Below, piece after piece: positions 11,368 through 23,305 of a stretch of DNA of 62,000 bases; the first letter of the stretch is position 1, and each line of letters begins with the position of its first letter. The DNA comes from Wallemia ichthyophaga EXF-994 (Eukaryota; Fungi; Basidiomycota), in NCBI RefSeq assembly GCF_000400465.1, contig NW_008806285.1, forward strand, positions 20,001-82,000. The letters are read 5' to 3'. Below the pieces are notes generated by a model that saw nothing but the letters and a program-made list of their open reading frames with translations, did not search any database and was not told the DNA's origin. Both the position numbers and the translations under genes were made by a program.

Positions 11368-14006
11368 ATGCCTCACTTATACAGACACTTGCGAGTTAAT
11401 CAGATATTTGGTGCGTGCCAGTGAGCAGACTGAAAGTGCAGCAACTCACAGCCATCCACGCAGGCGCTAACACCGACGTTGGCAAGACTCTCATCACAAC
11501 TGCTCTTGTCTTGGCAGAATCGCAGCGAACGAAGAACAACATCTTCTATTTGAAGTAAGTTGCTATTTGCTGGAGTTTGGCACATTCTCATTCTCCCAAA
11601 CAGACCTGTCAGTACTGGTCCTGCTGCTGATCAAGACGACGCGTGGGTACTTTCCATTTCGGCGGAGTGTTTGTTGACTCCCGCTCAGTTTTCTCCAGCG
11701 CTTCTCTAATAACGACAGAATACACAACCACACTCTCTTTCGCTACAGTGATCCCGTCTCTCCTCACTTAGCCGTTAGCAGAGAATCCGCAACCCAAAAA
11801 CCTCCGTCCGATAAGGATTTTGCAACCTCAATTGGAAACTACATTAGCAGCAAAGCCAGTCTAAACAACTCTCACTCTCTTTACGTCGAAACTGCGGGTG
11901 GTGAGTTTCCGGTGATTTTCCGAGGCTGCATGTTGATATTGAGACACAGGCGTACACTCTCCAACTTTAACTGGAACCAGCCAAGCTGATGCTTACAGGT
12001 CATTGCTGTGAGGCTTTTTCCCTCTCGTCTTGCTCTATCTAACAACACCGGCAAGTCTCCCTACCATCCTCATAGCCTCGTCGCATTTGGGCGGAATCAG
12101 CACTACTTTAGCTGCCTATGAGAGTCTGCATATGCGAGGCTATAGCGTAGAAGCGATCCTTGTATTTAGGGAGGAGTACTACGCCAACTACCAATACCTC
12201 AGTGATTGGGGACGGGAGAGAGGCGTGCATGTCGCAGTGATAGATCAACCACCGTCCAAAGACAGCAATGCATTAAATGACCAGGAAGCACTCCAAGCAT
12301 ATTTCAGCAGTCTGTCTAACGGCGACGGTGCAGTGTTGAGCACACTCGACGAACTCGACACACGCCACAAGAAGCGCATTGAGGAAATCAAGACAATGCC
12401 ACAACGCACACTAGACAGTATTTGGTATCCGTTTGCTCAACACTCCCACATCAAATCCGCTGAGCAGATCGGCGTTATCGACAGCGCACATGCTGACCAC
12501 TTCGATGTTCACAGACCAGCGTCTGCGTCTCAGGATCTACTACAACAAGATTTCGACGGAAGTGCTTCTTGGTGGACGCAGACACTCGGCCACGGTAACG
12601 TTACACTCGCTCTGGCTGCTGCACATGCAGCTGGTCGGTACGGTCATGTGCTTTTACCTGGACACACGCACAAACCTGTACTGGAACTTTGCGAAAAACT
12701 CCTCAAAGGCCCGGGTAGCGGGTGGGCTAACAAGGCTTTCGTTACTGATAACGGTAGTACCGCTATGGAGGTAGCCCTTAAAATAGCCCTCCGAGCTTGC
12801 TCGAAGAAGTATGGTGCTGCGAATAGAGGCGTGCTCGGATTGAGCGGTAGCTACCACGGTGACACTATCGGTAGTATGGATGCTTCTGAGCCATCTGTAT
12901 ACAATAACGCAGTCGAATGGTATTCCCCAAGAGGCGGTTTCTGGTTTGATTCACCGCTCATCAAGTACAAGAGTGGAGAGATAGTTCTGAAGGGCGCAGT
13001 AAGTATGGGCGTACCAAAGGGTGCTGCTGTTGATGGCGATTATTGGGAGATGGCTATCTCTGACTCTATCGCTGGTGCTTATGGCGTAGAGGAGCGTTTA
13101 AAAACGACTCTGACTGTTTTTTACAGAGATTCCATTCAAAACACTCTCGAAAGGCTCGTCGAAGAAGGCAGACACTTCGGTGCACTCGTCATGGAACCAC
13201 TTGTTATGGGCGCAGGAGGTATGCTCTGTGTTGATGTGAGTTGGTTTTACGTCTAATACTTCCATCTTACACAATTTAAGCCGCTGTTTCAGCGTGTACT
13301 CGTTGATACAGTGCGTGACAACGAAGAGCTATTCGCCAACCAAGCTGGCGATGCATACGTTCAAGGACAGGACTGGCAGGGATTACCGGTTGTTTTCGAC
13401 GAGGTGTTTGCGGGTCTATACAGACTCGGCCAGCAAACTCCGTTGTCTATAATCGGCACCCACCCAGATGTATCCGCTTATGCCAAGATATTGTCTGGCG
13501 GGATTGTACCGCTTTCTACAACATTGGCAAGACAGAGTCTGTTCGACAACTTTTTAGGGGAGGAGAAGAAAGAAGCGCTGTTACACGGCCACTCATATAC
13601 CGCCCATCCTATTGGGTGCGCTGTTGCGAATGCGTCGTTGGATGAGATAAACAAGTTAGCAGAGAGTGATGAATGGCATGCATCGAGAGTTGCATGGGGC
13701 AGTAATACCGAGAGCGGTGCTTGGAGCTTATGGACCCCTGAGGCTGTGGAAGTGCTATCACACCTCAACAACGTCGATGGCGTCGTCGCTTTGGGTAGCG
13801 TGTTGATAATACATCTCAAGTCATCAGGCAAAGGATATGAGAGTTCAGAAGGACAGCGTTTTCTGGCGTCGCTGGCTAGCGAAGGTATCCACTCCAGACC
13901 TCTTGGTGATACGGTCTACTTTATGGCCAGCTTGAACACATCCAAGGAGGCGATAGAGGATATCCAAAACAAAGTGATTCATGGGCTTGAAAAATTTGAT
14001 GTTTAA
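11368..14006 (+). CDS. Bifunctional dethiobiotin synthetase / 7,8-diaminopelargonate aminotransferase (bioDA, BIO3-BIO1 type fusion)
   Basis: N-terminal DTBS P-loop QIFGANTDVGKT and ETAGGVHSP; C-terminal class III aminotransferase WYPFAQH, DGSASWWT, SYHGDTIG, VVFDEVFAGLYRLG, AYAKILSGG (PLP Lys), LLHGHSYTAHPIGC. Several short introns. Confidence 0.92.
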
Positions 14007-14051
14007 TAAGGATTGATTTGCTTTTATAAATGTACCTGACTGACGTTGAGA

Positions 14052-15087
14052 ATGGTTGGTGGAGAGTAGCAAGCCAGACAAAGCTGAGAGAGTGATAGTG
14101 CATTGTAGTTTACGCTGTCAACAGACACTCGAAATACCAGCTGTGGGTGATGCGCTTTGTGCGCTGACTTATGGCTGCTGCTGACTGACCAAGTGCACTG
14201 GCTGCGAATAGAGACGAGTGGCTTGAAAGGCCTACACAGCCAGCGAGAGTGCACAACTTCGGTGATGATTCCAAGGAGGAGTGTATATCCGGGATTGATC
14301 TGCTAATGCAGGGTACTTGGATTGGAGTGAGCAAGTCGGGCAAAATAGCAGCGCTGTGGGTAAATCTATATCTGAATAGATCTACTAACAGCGAAACAGC
14401 ACAAATTACTTTGAACCGCTCCCGAAAGACGGAAAATTGCTCAAGTCAAGGGGAGCGATAACGCGAGACTGTCTCCAGAGCGGCAGAAGCATTGAAGACG
14501 ATCTCGAAGAGGTTTCAAAAATCAAAGACGAAGTGGGGCCGTTTAACCTGTTACTCATTCAGGCCGAAAAGGGGAACGTGCGCTACGGCTACGCCACAAA
14601 CAGATCGATATCGACAAACTACCACGGAATGTTTAGCGAGGACATTGGAGGCATGTCGAATGGATATGTAGACGCCAACGACGAGATAGCCTCACAGTCA
14701 GAGTGGCACAAAGTAAAGCGCGGCAAAGAAGACCTCGACAAGTCAATTGAGCGCGATATGCAAGAGACGGAGCTACTCGATACACTCGAGAATGCTATCT
14801 CCAATGAGGTACACCCAATGCAGACAAGACAGCATTTTCAATTCAGCGCGAGAATCCCACCAATTATTATGCGTCCGGGCGCCAATCCGATTCCTGTGGA
14901 TGAAGCAAACAAAGACGATATCAAGGCGATATACGCGACGAGGCTCATCACATTTATCCTCGTCGATAACGACGGCAATGTTAAATTTATTGAAAAAGAT
15001 ATTTACCAACTACGCGGCTCAGATGTCCTCAAGGCTGATAGCCAGCGCTCTTTGTTCTTCGACAACGACCACGGTCAATCTAAATAA
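14052..15087 (+). CDS. TANGO2: TANGO2 / NRDE (DUF833) family protein
   Basis: ATG 14052, 44-nt intron 14055-14098, then C-I-V-V-Y; after intron 14143-14193 LALAANRDEWLERPT; GTWIGVSKSG, SRGAIT, VGPFNLL, YATRLITFILVD. Confidence 0.85.
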
Positions 15088-15120
15088 TTTGATTGTTTTC
15101 GTCTCCATCTGCTTATCGTG

Positions 15121-18100
15121 ATGGGTATGCCAGTAGAGCACATATTGCGCAATGCCAGGCAGAGGCCACTCAACAACGACGAAGTATCTGTGGGTACCGC
15201 GGAAATGGCGAGAGATGGGTGGCTTATTCAAGTTCACGCAGCACGTTATCGCACCTATCTCTGAATTCCTATTTGAAAAGGGCAAGGAGAATGGCGAGAA
15301 GAAACCTGATTGGTTTAGCGATAAATACAACGGGAATGGTATTCTTACAGAAGCCACGGCATTTGCTACGCGTTAGTTTTGGTTTGGCGCTTGAGTTTTG
15401 ACTTAAGGAATGCTCAGGTCTATTCGCTTATTTACCACCCAAAGAGGAGCTACTGATTTACCAGGATCATCTCTTTCAACAGCTTTTTAGTAATCCTCAC
15501 AGGGTACTGGATTGGCAGCTCTGCAAGCTACAGGCTCGATACATGTGAGTATTGTGCATTTACTTGCAGTAAACCGTAACACTAACACTCTCCAGCTACT
15601 TCCGCAATATCAGCGACAAGAAGCTGAATAGCTTCTTTTCAAACATCTACCGATGGGAAGCTCAAGCTTATCAACCACTTCTCTCCGAAACAGCTTCTCC
15701 ACTCATCAGCTTAGACAACATTAACCAATCACTATACCACATGTGCATCTTGCATCCTGAATTTTTCTTCATGGGAGAAGTCATCAGCGTTATGCTCCCG
15801 AAACTTCAAGGCGATGTCGGTTTCATGGACCACCTCCCACCCCCACCGACGATCCTCGCATTGACAGCATCTGACAATGAAGACGTCAGCCAATGGGCGA
15901 ACGATATGATCGATAGACATACTTGGAAACCAATCACCAAGGAAAATGCCAAGGTGTACTTGATCATTTTTCGCAACATCCTCAAGCTTATTGTCGATAG
16001 AGAGAATGGGAATCTCGACGCTGATGGAGAGTGGCCTATACAGGATGACCCGGAAGTACTATGGACCGTCCTCGCCAAGACACTAGCCGCTATGGATTCA
16101 AGTGCCATTGAGGAAGTCAGCAGATTTTGTCCTGGGTTATTGAAAGACGTACAGAGGCACCTATGTGATGTTAGGGGTAGGACATTTACACCACTTTTGA
16201 GGTGTTTTGTCGCTCTCATATCTGTCAAACAAACATACTGGTCTGTGGACTCGTATAATGAACAGCAGAGGCAGAAAAATGACGACGAGCATTCAGTTTT
16301 ACTTCTGCGACTGATGAATTCAGTTTTGGATAATCCACTTTACAGGCCTCTGGTGACACAGCCTGTCACCTTCCGCCACGATGACGATATGAGTTGGCCT
16401 CTCAATTGGTGGTCGAATCTCGTTATGAATGTCGAAGATGTCCATGAGTTACATGATTCAGCCCTAAGGAGTATTGCTAGGAGAGGTTTCGAGTCCACTG
16501 GTAACGGCGGCGAGAACACCAAATACAAGTACTACGAAAATATCATTGGCGTTTTAGAGAAATGCCTAAACAAATATGAAGGAAATGAGCGAAAAATGCA
16601 ACTGGTTTTTGAAATTCTAAGCATATACAAGAATAGCTTGCTCGAGACGGCCTTTTTGTTACAAGAAGGCAACCCAGCACGTGGCAAATCACAAGAAGCC
16701 ACAAGAGGTTTGTTGCGACTGTGTCTAAGAAAAGATTGTGTTCGCCTAAAGCGCGGTTTAAATGACTTCATGGCAAAATTTACTCCATGGAAAGATTACG
16801 AGAGGCAGCGTCAGCGGAAAAAAGTACCCAAAGAACCAAAAGTAGAACTTGACACAAAGAAAACTATCATTGCGACAGAAATTTGGGCTGCAGTATACAC
16901 AGTTATTGGCCTTACGAACAATATCGATGATCAGTTTGCATGGAATTTAATCCTAACAAATTTGTCGTCGATTAGCCACCTTTCGCAGCTGGAAAATAGT
17001 CAATACGACGAAACAGTTGTTCCCGCTCGGATGAAGAACACTCTATTAACATTTAGGTCGGCGTACAACAATGCGATTAATACTATGCAATTCCAATTCA
17101 GAAAATTGGTACAGAATTATCTCGACGATTCGACACAACACCTTCAGATATTAGAACATACGCTTAAGGCTCCGAATGTGCAAATGGCAATAATGCGGTT
17201 ATACCTATCACCCAACGGAGAGATCCACGAGCCTATAATCAGTCTACTCAAGATGATTTCAGATCAAGATGAAAAATCTGAGGCTATACAATGGATGCTA
17301 TTCAAACACCCCAAGACTTTCTTAGGCGGTGTAGCTGCACAATGCAAGACATTCTTGTCGGTCGCAGATTTGCATCTCGAGGCCTTGAACTTTGCCAATT
17401 GTATATCAAATCAGAATGAAGAAATACTGCCGATGATCGCTTCTTCTTCAACCGGCTTCCTCAATCGATATGGTGGAGAACCAGCAATCAAGCAAGCTTT
17501 GCTTGAGTATTGGGTGGAGCTTTGTAGATTTACATCGTGTGTACTCAAATCGGCTCCCAAGTGGCACAGATATTGTGGCAAGGAGGAAATGATTTCATGG
17601 ATGCGTGAATCTATCACACTTGCTGGTGTTCTTCTTGATTCTGAAAAAGAGTTGCAGAGGTATATTACTTCAGTTTCTTCAAAAATGGTACGTTTTTGTG
17701 TAAGTTTCTCCTTACCACTTACACCCAATAGCTCGAACCCTTAAATGAGGTACTGGTTCAGTCTGTGGGCTGGCTCAGAGCAACAGATATGACAGTCGTA
17801 GAGTTTACCTTCAGATTTATCGACTCTACTCTTTCAGCATTTAAACAGTCGGAATGTTTACCTGCACCGAAAGCTTTGGAGATGCTGAATGTATTTCTTG
17901 ATTCTCGCGTTCTGTATCTTGGTTTCTGACCTCACAATCACAGGACTACTATCGTCAGGCAAACAAACCTGGAGGCTCTGTGATGAAGCTATCACATCTT
18001 TCGCTCAGTAAACTCAAGTACCACCTTTCTACATTCAACGATGAGAGTGATGAGGAGGATGTGCAGATCATCGATAAGAAGCCATCGCTTGGTAAATTGC

Positions 18101-21100
18101 AGAAAGCACTGGGTGTTGACAAGAAGCCTAGTCCGGCTGATTTTTTGAAGGAAAAGCAGCACGAAAGGGAGCGTCAAGAGAAAGCTAAACAGGCGGAGCA
18201 GGTAAAGAATCCATTTATGAGGAAAATTGCTGGTAAGCCACTTCTCACCGGACTCACCACAAAGAAAGGCGAAGCGCGTAAACCTTTTGTTGCTCCACAG
18301 AGGCTAACATACGGCGGTAATAAAAAGGAAGAGTCAGAATCATCCGATGATGGCGGTGACCCTGGTGGCTTGAAGGATATGGATTTGAATCCTGAGCAGG
18401 CCAAGCAGAAGATGCAAGCTGTGAAAGAGAGAAGAGGCGGTACCAAGGTTATCGATCCTCTAGTCGGAACGTCAACCAAAAAGCAACAATTGAAGAGTGA
18501 TGCGAAGCGTGATGAATCATTCCAACGCCGTCAGAGACTCGATCCTGATATCAGCGACTTACAGAAACTCCTGCTCAATGTTGACTACAACGATCCTAAC
18601 ATGAAGATCGGTTCGCTTGATCCTACACAACGGATCCCTATCGACTTCAGAAACTACACTCACTATTGGGACATAATGCGACCACTTCTATTCGAAGAGA
18701 CATCTGAGCAGCTCAAGCAAGCCAGATCGGCAGTACAAGTGGAGGAGACGGTGACTGTCTACGTTTCCGCTAAGACGTTTGTAAATGATTATGCGGAAGT
18801 TGTGTTGAATGTCAAATGCAATGCGCCATCCCAGTACTCACTGAGCGAGAATGAGCTGGTGACGCTGAGTAAAGATGATGGCATCCAGCCTGGTGCCCAA
18901 AGATCAGGAGCACCGACTGAGAATCATCCATGTCAAAATCTCATCGCTAAGGTGCAAAGTTTCAAGCGCAGACATCAAGATCTCATTGTGACAGTGTGGT
19001 TACCGCTGCGCAGATCTGCTGCTTTCCAAGATAAGCACAAGTGGAAAATGCAGAAATTCTATTCGCTCAGCACGCTATACAGAGAATATGGTGCGTTGAA
19101 AGGCTTACAGTATTACGGGCCTGTGATGAATAAGATTCTCAATCCCGTAATCAAAGATAAGTTGCAGTTAGATAGTGATACAGTTAAAAAAACGATGAAA
19201 ATGTTGGAAGTTAACGAATCACAAGCTAATGCTGTGCTTAGCGCCCTCTGTACACCTGCAGATGGCTCTTTCAGTCTCATTCAAGGTCCACCTGGTACTG
19301 GTAAATCTAAGACCATTCTGGCATTAGTTGCTCAGTTTTTGAGCATGAGACCTAAGCCTATAGTCAGCAAAGCCAACCCAAATGCGGCTGATGGCTGGGT
19401 GCCTCCAAAAATACTCCTTTGCGCACCTTCTAACGCTGCTATTGATGAAGTTGTCAATAGACTAAAAGTGCCTATTAGGGGTGTTAATGGTGACATGAAA
19501 GAAGTGAACGTAATCAGAATAGGTGCAGATTCGTCAATGTCAGTTTCTGCTAAAGAGCGCTCGCTAGAGGAGTTGGTAGATCAGCGCGTCAACTTGGATC
19601 CGACAAGTGCCAGCATGGACAATGGATCGATGGTCGGTGACTATAGAGACCAGTTGACACAGTGTAAAAACAGCATTAATGAGATCAGAAACACTATCAA
19701 CCAGAAGCAGCAGAATGAAGGGACAGCCACTCAAGGTGAGAAAGAAGAGTTGAGGAAGTTGAGCGACAAGAGGAATGAGATATCTACCAAGCTGGATAAG
19801 GCCAGAGATACGCAGAAGTCATCTGCCAAAGCTAGAGATGCATCGAGACGAACACATCGCAGAGCAGTCATGATGGAAGCTGATGTTGTATGTTCGACAT
19901 TGTCAGGTGCTGGTAAAGGAGATCTAGCTGAGTTGCCGGTTGACTTTGAGACTGTGATTATTGATGAAGCAGCACAAGCTGTTGAAGTGTCAGCGCTAAT
20001 TCCATTCAAATATGGATGTAAGAGACCGATACTAATTGGTGATCAGCATCAGTTACCTCCAACTGTAATGTCCACTGAAGCTAGCAAGAAAGGATATTCG
20101 AGGTCTTTGTTTGTCAGACTGATGGAGACTAACAAAGGATGCGTGCATTTGTTGAACGAACAATATCGTATGCATCCAGATATATCCAAACTGCCTTCAG
20201 CTGTATTCTACCAAGGTCAGTTAAAAGATGGGTTAAGGATGGCCGAGAAGACTAAGGCTCCGTGGCACGATAATGCCTTATTCGGAACTTACAGGTTCTT
20301 TGACTTCGCACAAGGTTCTGAAAGGCGCGTAGATAATTCCTACGTGAATGATGGCGAAGCAGATCTTGTCATATCGCTTTATGAGAGATTAAAGAGACAG
20401 TTTGGTGAAGAGTTTTCATTGGATTACAGAGTCGCAATTATTGCAACATACAAACAGCAAGTCTTCAATATCAAGAGAAAACTCAGGAACAGGTTTAACA
20501 ACACAGATAAAGATATCTTAGCCAAAGTTGATGTAAATACCGTCGATGGTTTCCAAGGTCAAGAGAAGAGCGTTATTATATTATCCACAGTTCGATCTTC
20601 CCAATTTGATAACGATGGCGTTTTCAAGGATCGCAGTGGAGGTCCTATCGGTTTCTTGAAAGATATGAGACGTATGAACGTTGCTTTGACTCGTGCTCAG
20701 TCGTCCTTGTTCATAGTAGGAAATGCTGACAGGCTGTCGTACGATGAAACATGGAAGAAGATTGTTGGCGATGCACAGGGTAGAAATTTACTTGAGAAAG
20801 TGAGTACATGAAGACGCTTTAATAACACTGCTAACAGTGAACAGGTAAATGCCAAGTACTTCCAACAGCCAGCGAATCATGTGGCTGCGAAAGCCAAGCA
20901 ACCTGCCAAACACCCATCAGGATTCGAGAAGGATGTTCGCAACAACGCCAAAAAGAACGATAAGGGTGAGGTTGAGCAGCAATCAATACCAGACAACCTT
21001 GTTCCAGCTAGCAATTCTCCCGTAAAGCGCAAAGCGACTGCTGAGAGTGGATCCAGCATGGCGAAAAAGATGAAAGCCGCTGAAATGAATCAAAATGACA

Positions 21101-21440
21101 GCAACGTAATAGACATTGATGGTGATCAGAATAGTGACATACCAGGTATTAGGTCAGATTCAGCAGATCAGTTGGTCAATGCACCAGTTCTTGAATCAGT
21201 AAACATGGACACCGACTCCAGCAATCGTTCCCAGTCTGTATCAGTTGAGCCTGGCAAAGGACCTCGTACAATGATGCACAATGGCACGGCGCAAGATGAT
21301 GAGCAGAAGAAAGCTATCCAGGCAGCACACAACAGGAAGAAACAAGCAGCCAAGAATAACTCTATGTTTATCAATAAGAAGAAAGTGTGTTCTGCGTTGT
21401 TAAAAATATTTTCACTAACGCTCAGTAGCCAAAGAAATGA
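15121..21440 (+). CDS. SEN1: Sen1/senataxin SF1 RNA/DNA helicase, multi-exon
   Basis: N-terminal Sen1-type region (ATAFATRLFAY after splicing), Walker A LIQGPPGTGKS, DEAAQ, GDQHQLPP, QYRMHP, NTVDGFQGQE, RRMNVALTRA; last intron at about 21386-21428 gives ...KKK-PKK-TGA. Confidence 0.9.
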
Positions 21441-21574
21441 GATAGCTAAGAAAATTACTATCAAACTTTCCAAAATTCAAAGGCATTTCATTTATGATTG
21501 GTATCATCAAGATCAGCATCAATCACATTACTACATAAAATTGGCAGCTTAGCAGAAGATTGGCATAAGTTGAA

Positions 21575-22793
21575 TTAGAGACGGGCCTCAGGTCTCTTCT
21601 CACGAACTAAACCTTGCTGAGCTGTTAAAGCTACTAGTCTGCCGTCTTGTGACCAAAACTCTCCTTGCACATTTCCGCGTCCGTGTGCTGAAACTGGGCA
21701 AAAAGTCCTGTATATGAGCCACTCGCCCGCGTCGAAATTGTCGTACTTTTGTGAAAAAAATGAGCAGATGAAGCATATGAAAGTGCCACTCACAAACCAC
21801 ATGGAATGATCGAGTGAAGTAATCATGCCGAGATTTGAATACTGACGCAACCCAAGGGAGTGAGCGACCGTGTGCAGAAAGTTCAAGTCCGACATGTACG
21901 CTAATACTGCCTTTTAATCTTAAGCGCAGTTACGCGTTAAAAGCTTTACCAACCTTTTGCTTTGAATCCTTATCACCGGGTGAGCTTTTCGCTTTGATCC
22001 ACCAGCTAAACTCATTTGAAATGTTAAGGTTACCCTTTTCGTCATACTGACTGACTTTCGATGCGTCTTTTAAAGCGACATCTGACGTGCGACGTTCCTG
22101 TGTGATTTCAGTTGTGCCTAGCTAAGAGTAAACTTAAAACTGACATCTATTCTTGCTATGATGGTTTCAGACAGCTTACTGTCTAGCTTGGAATGATACT
22201 TATCCAAAAAGCGCTGCCATCTGTCTTCACTCAACTCGCATTCCTCTGGTGGAGGTATGTCGGCCGGTGGTTTGATGGAAAATTTAGGCTGAGAAGGTTC
22301 TGGCTGAGCAAAAGAAGCAGTGAGAGTGAATATGTTATTGCCATCTTGGCTGGCTCTAACGCAGTACGTCTGATAACTTTTACCTAGACGTAAAGGCTGT
22401 ACATCTATTAAGTTGATAGCCGGTGAGATTAGGTTAAGTGGGAGAAAGCTCACTCACGATAGACGACTGGCATCGTGGATTGACCAGCTAGTAGAAAATA
22501 GCAATGAAAGGAATGGAGGCCGTAACGTTCGCCGGACCTGTCTTCGGTTACGAGGGTGGCGGCTTGAATAGCTTGAGATATAACTGAACCACCGAATACA
22601 CCAACGGAGGCGGATACGGGCTTCCATAGAGGTTTCTAATTAGTAGTCAGAGGCTGTTTTTTCTAGTCGGCAAACGTACTTTTGACCGGTAGAGATAGAG
22701 GTCGATCTTTTCGAGCTGAAGACGGGGTGAATTATGCATGAGTGGGTATTAGATACGCACATCTAAATTACTGCTAATCCAATCGTTGCCCAT
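21575..22793 (-). CDS. TES1: Acyl-CoA thioesterase II (Tes1/ACOT8), peroxisomal
   Basis: Spliced start MGNDWISSNLD|LEKIDLYLYRSK; VGVFGGSVISQ, VRLGKSYQTYCVRASQ, ITSLDHSMWF, HGRGNVQGEFWSQDGRLVALTAQQGLVR; C-terminal ARL (PTS1 variant). Confidence 0.88.
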
Positions 22794-22804
22794 GTCTTAG
22801 AAAG

Positions 22805-22838
22805 ATGTTGAAGCGGTTGAAGCGGTTGAAGCGGTTGA
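22805..22838. repeat. 9-bp tandem repeat (TTGAAGCGG)x3 just upstream of the TES1 ATG
   Basis: gatgttgaagcggttgaagcggttgaagcggttgagg is visible directly in the sequence. Confidence 0.8.
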
Positions 22839-23305
22839 GGGTGATGGCCGTAAATGACTCAAAGGAACATGTGGAGGTTGATAGCCGGTAATAACACTCG
22901 CATTGATAACCAATAGGCTGCGGAGTTGCACGATCGTATAAAGTCATAGGTACGTTCCCAAGACGCGTAGACACCCAGAAATGAAGTGACATTCTGTCAA
23001 GCGTGACATAATGAGGCATATGAGCAGTAATCAAGACAAATAAGGCAATTGGGCCAGGTGCCATGTCCACATATTGAATCAGCTGACGCCATGCATGGAA
23101 TTGACGTTGCGCACCCGCTTTGGAGGCAGTCGGCAAACGAAGCGGATGCAGGTACTAAATAAACTGCGCCAGAAAAGCTGCTTCTTCTTAGACCACCAAT
23201 TTTAAAATAATTTTGTCTGATCGAATTCCGCACTTAGTCAGGATCCCAAGCGCACGCGGCAAAGCCAGACAACACGACTTGAATTTAACGACCACATCGC
23301 AAAAT

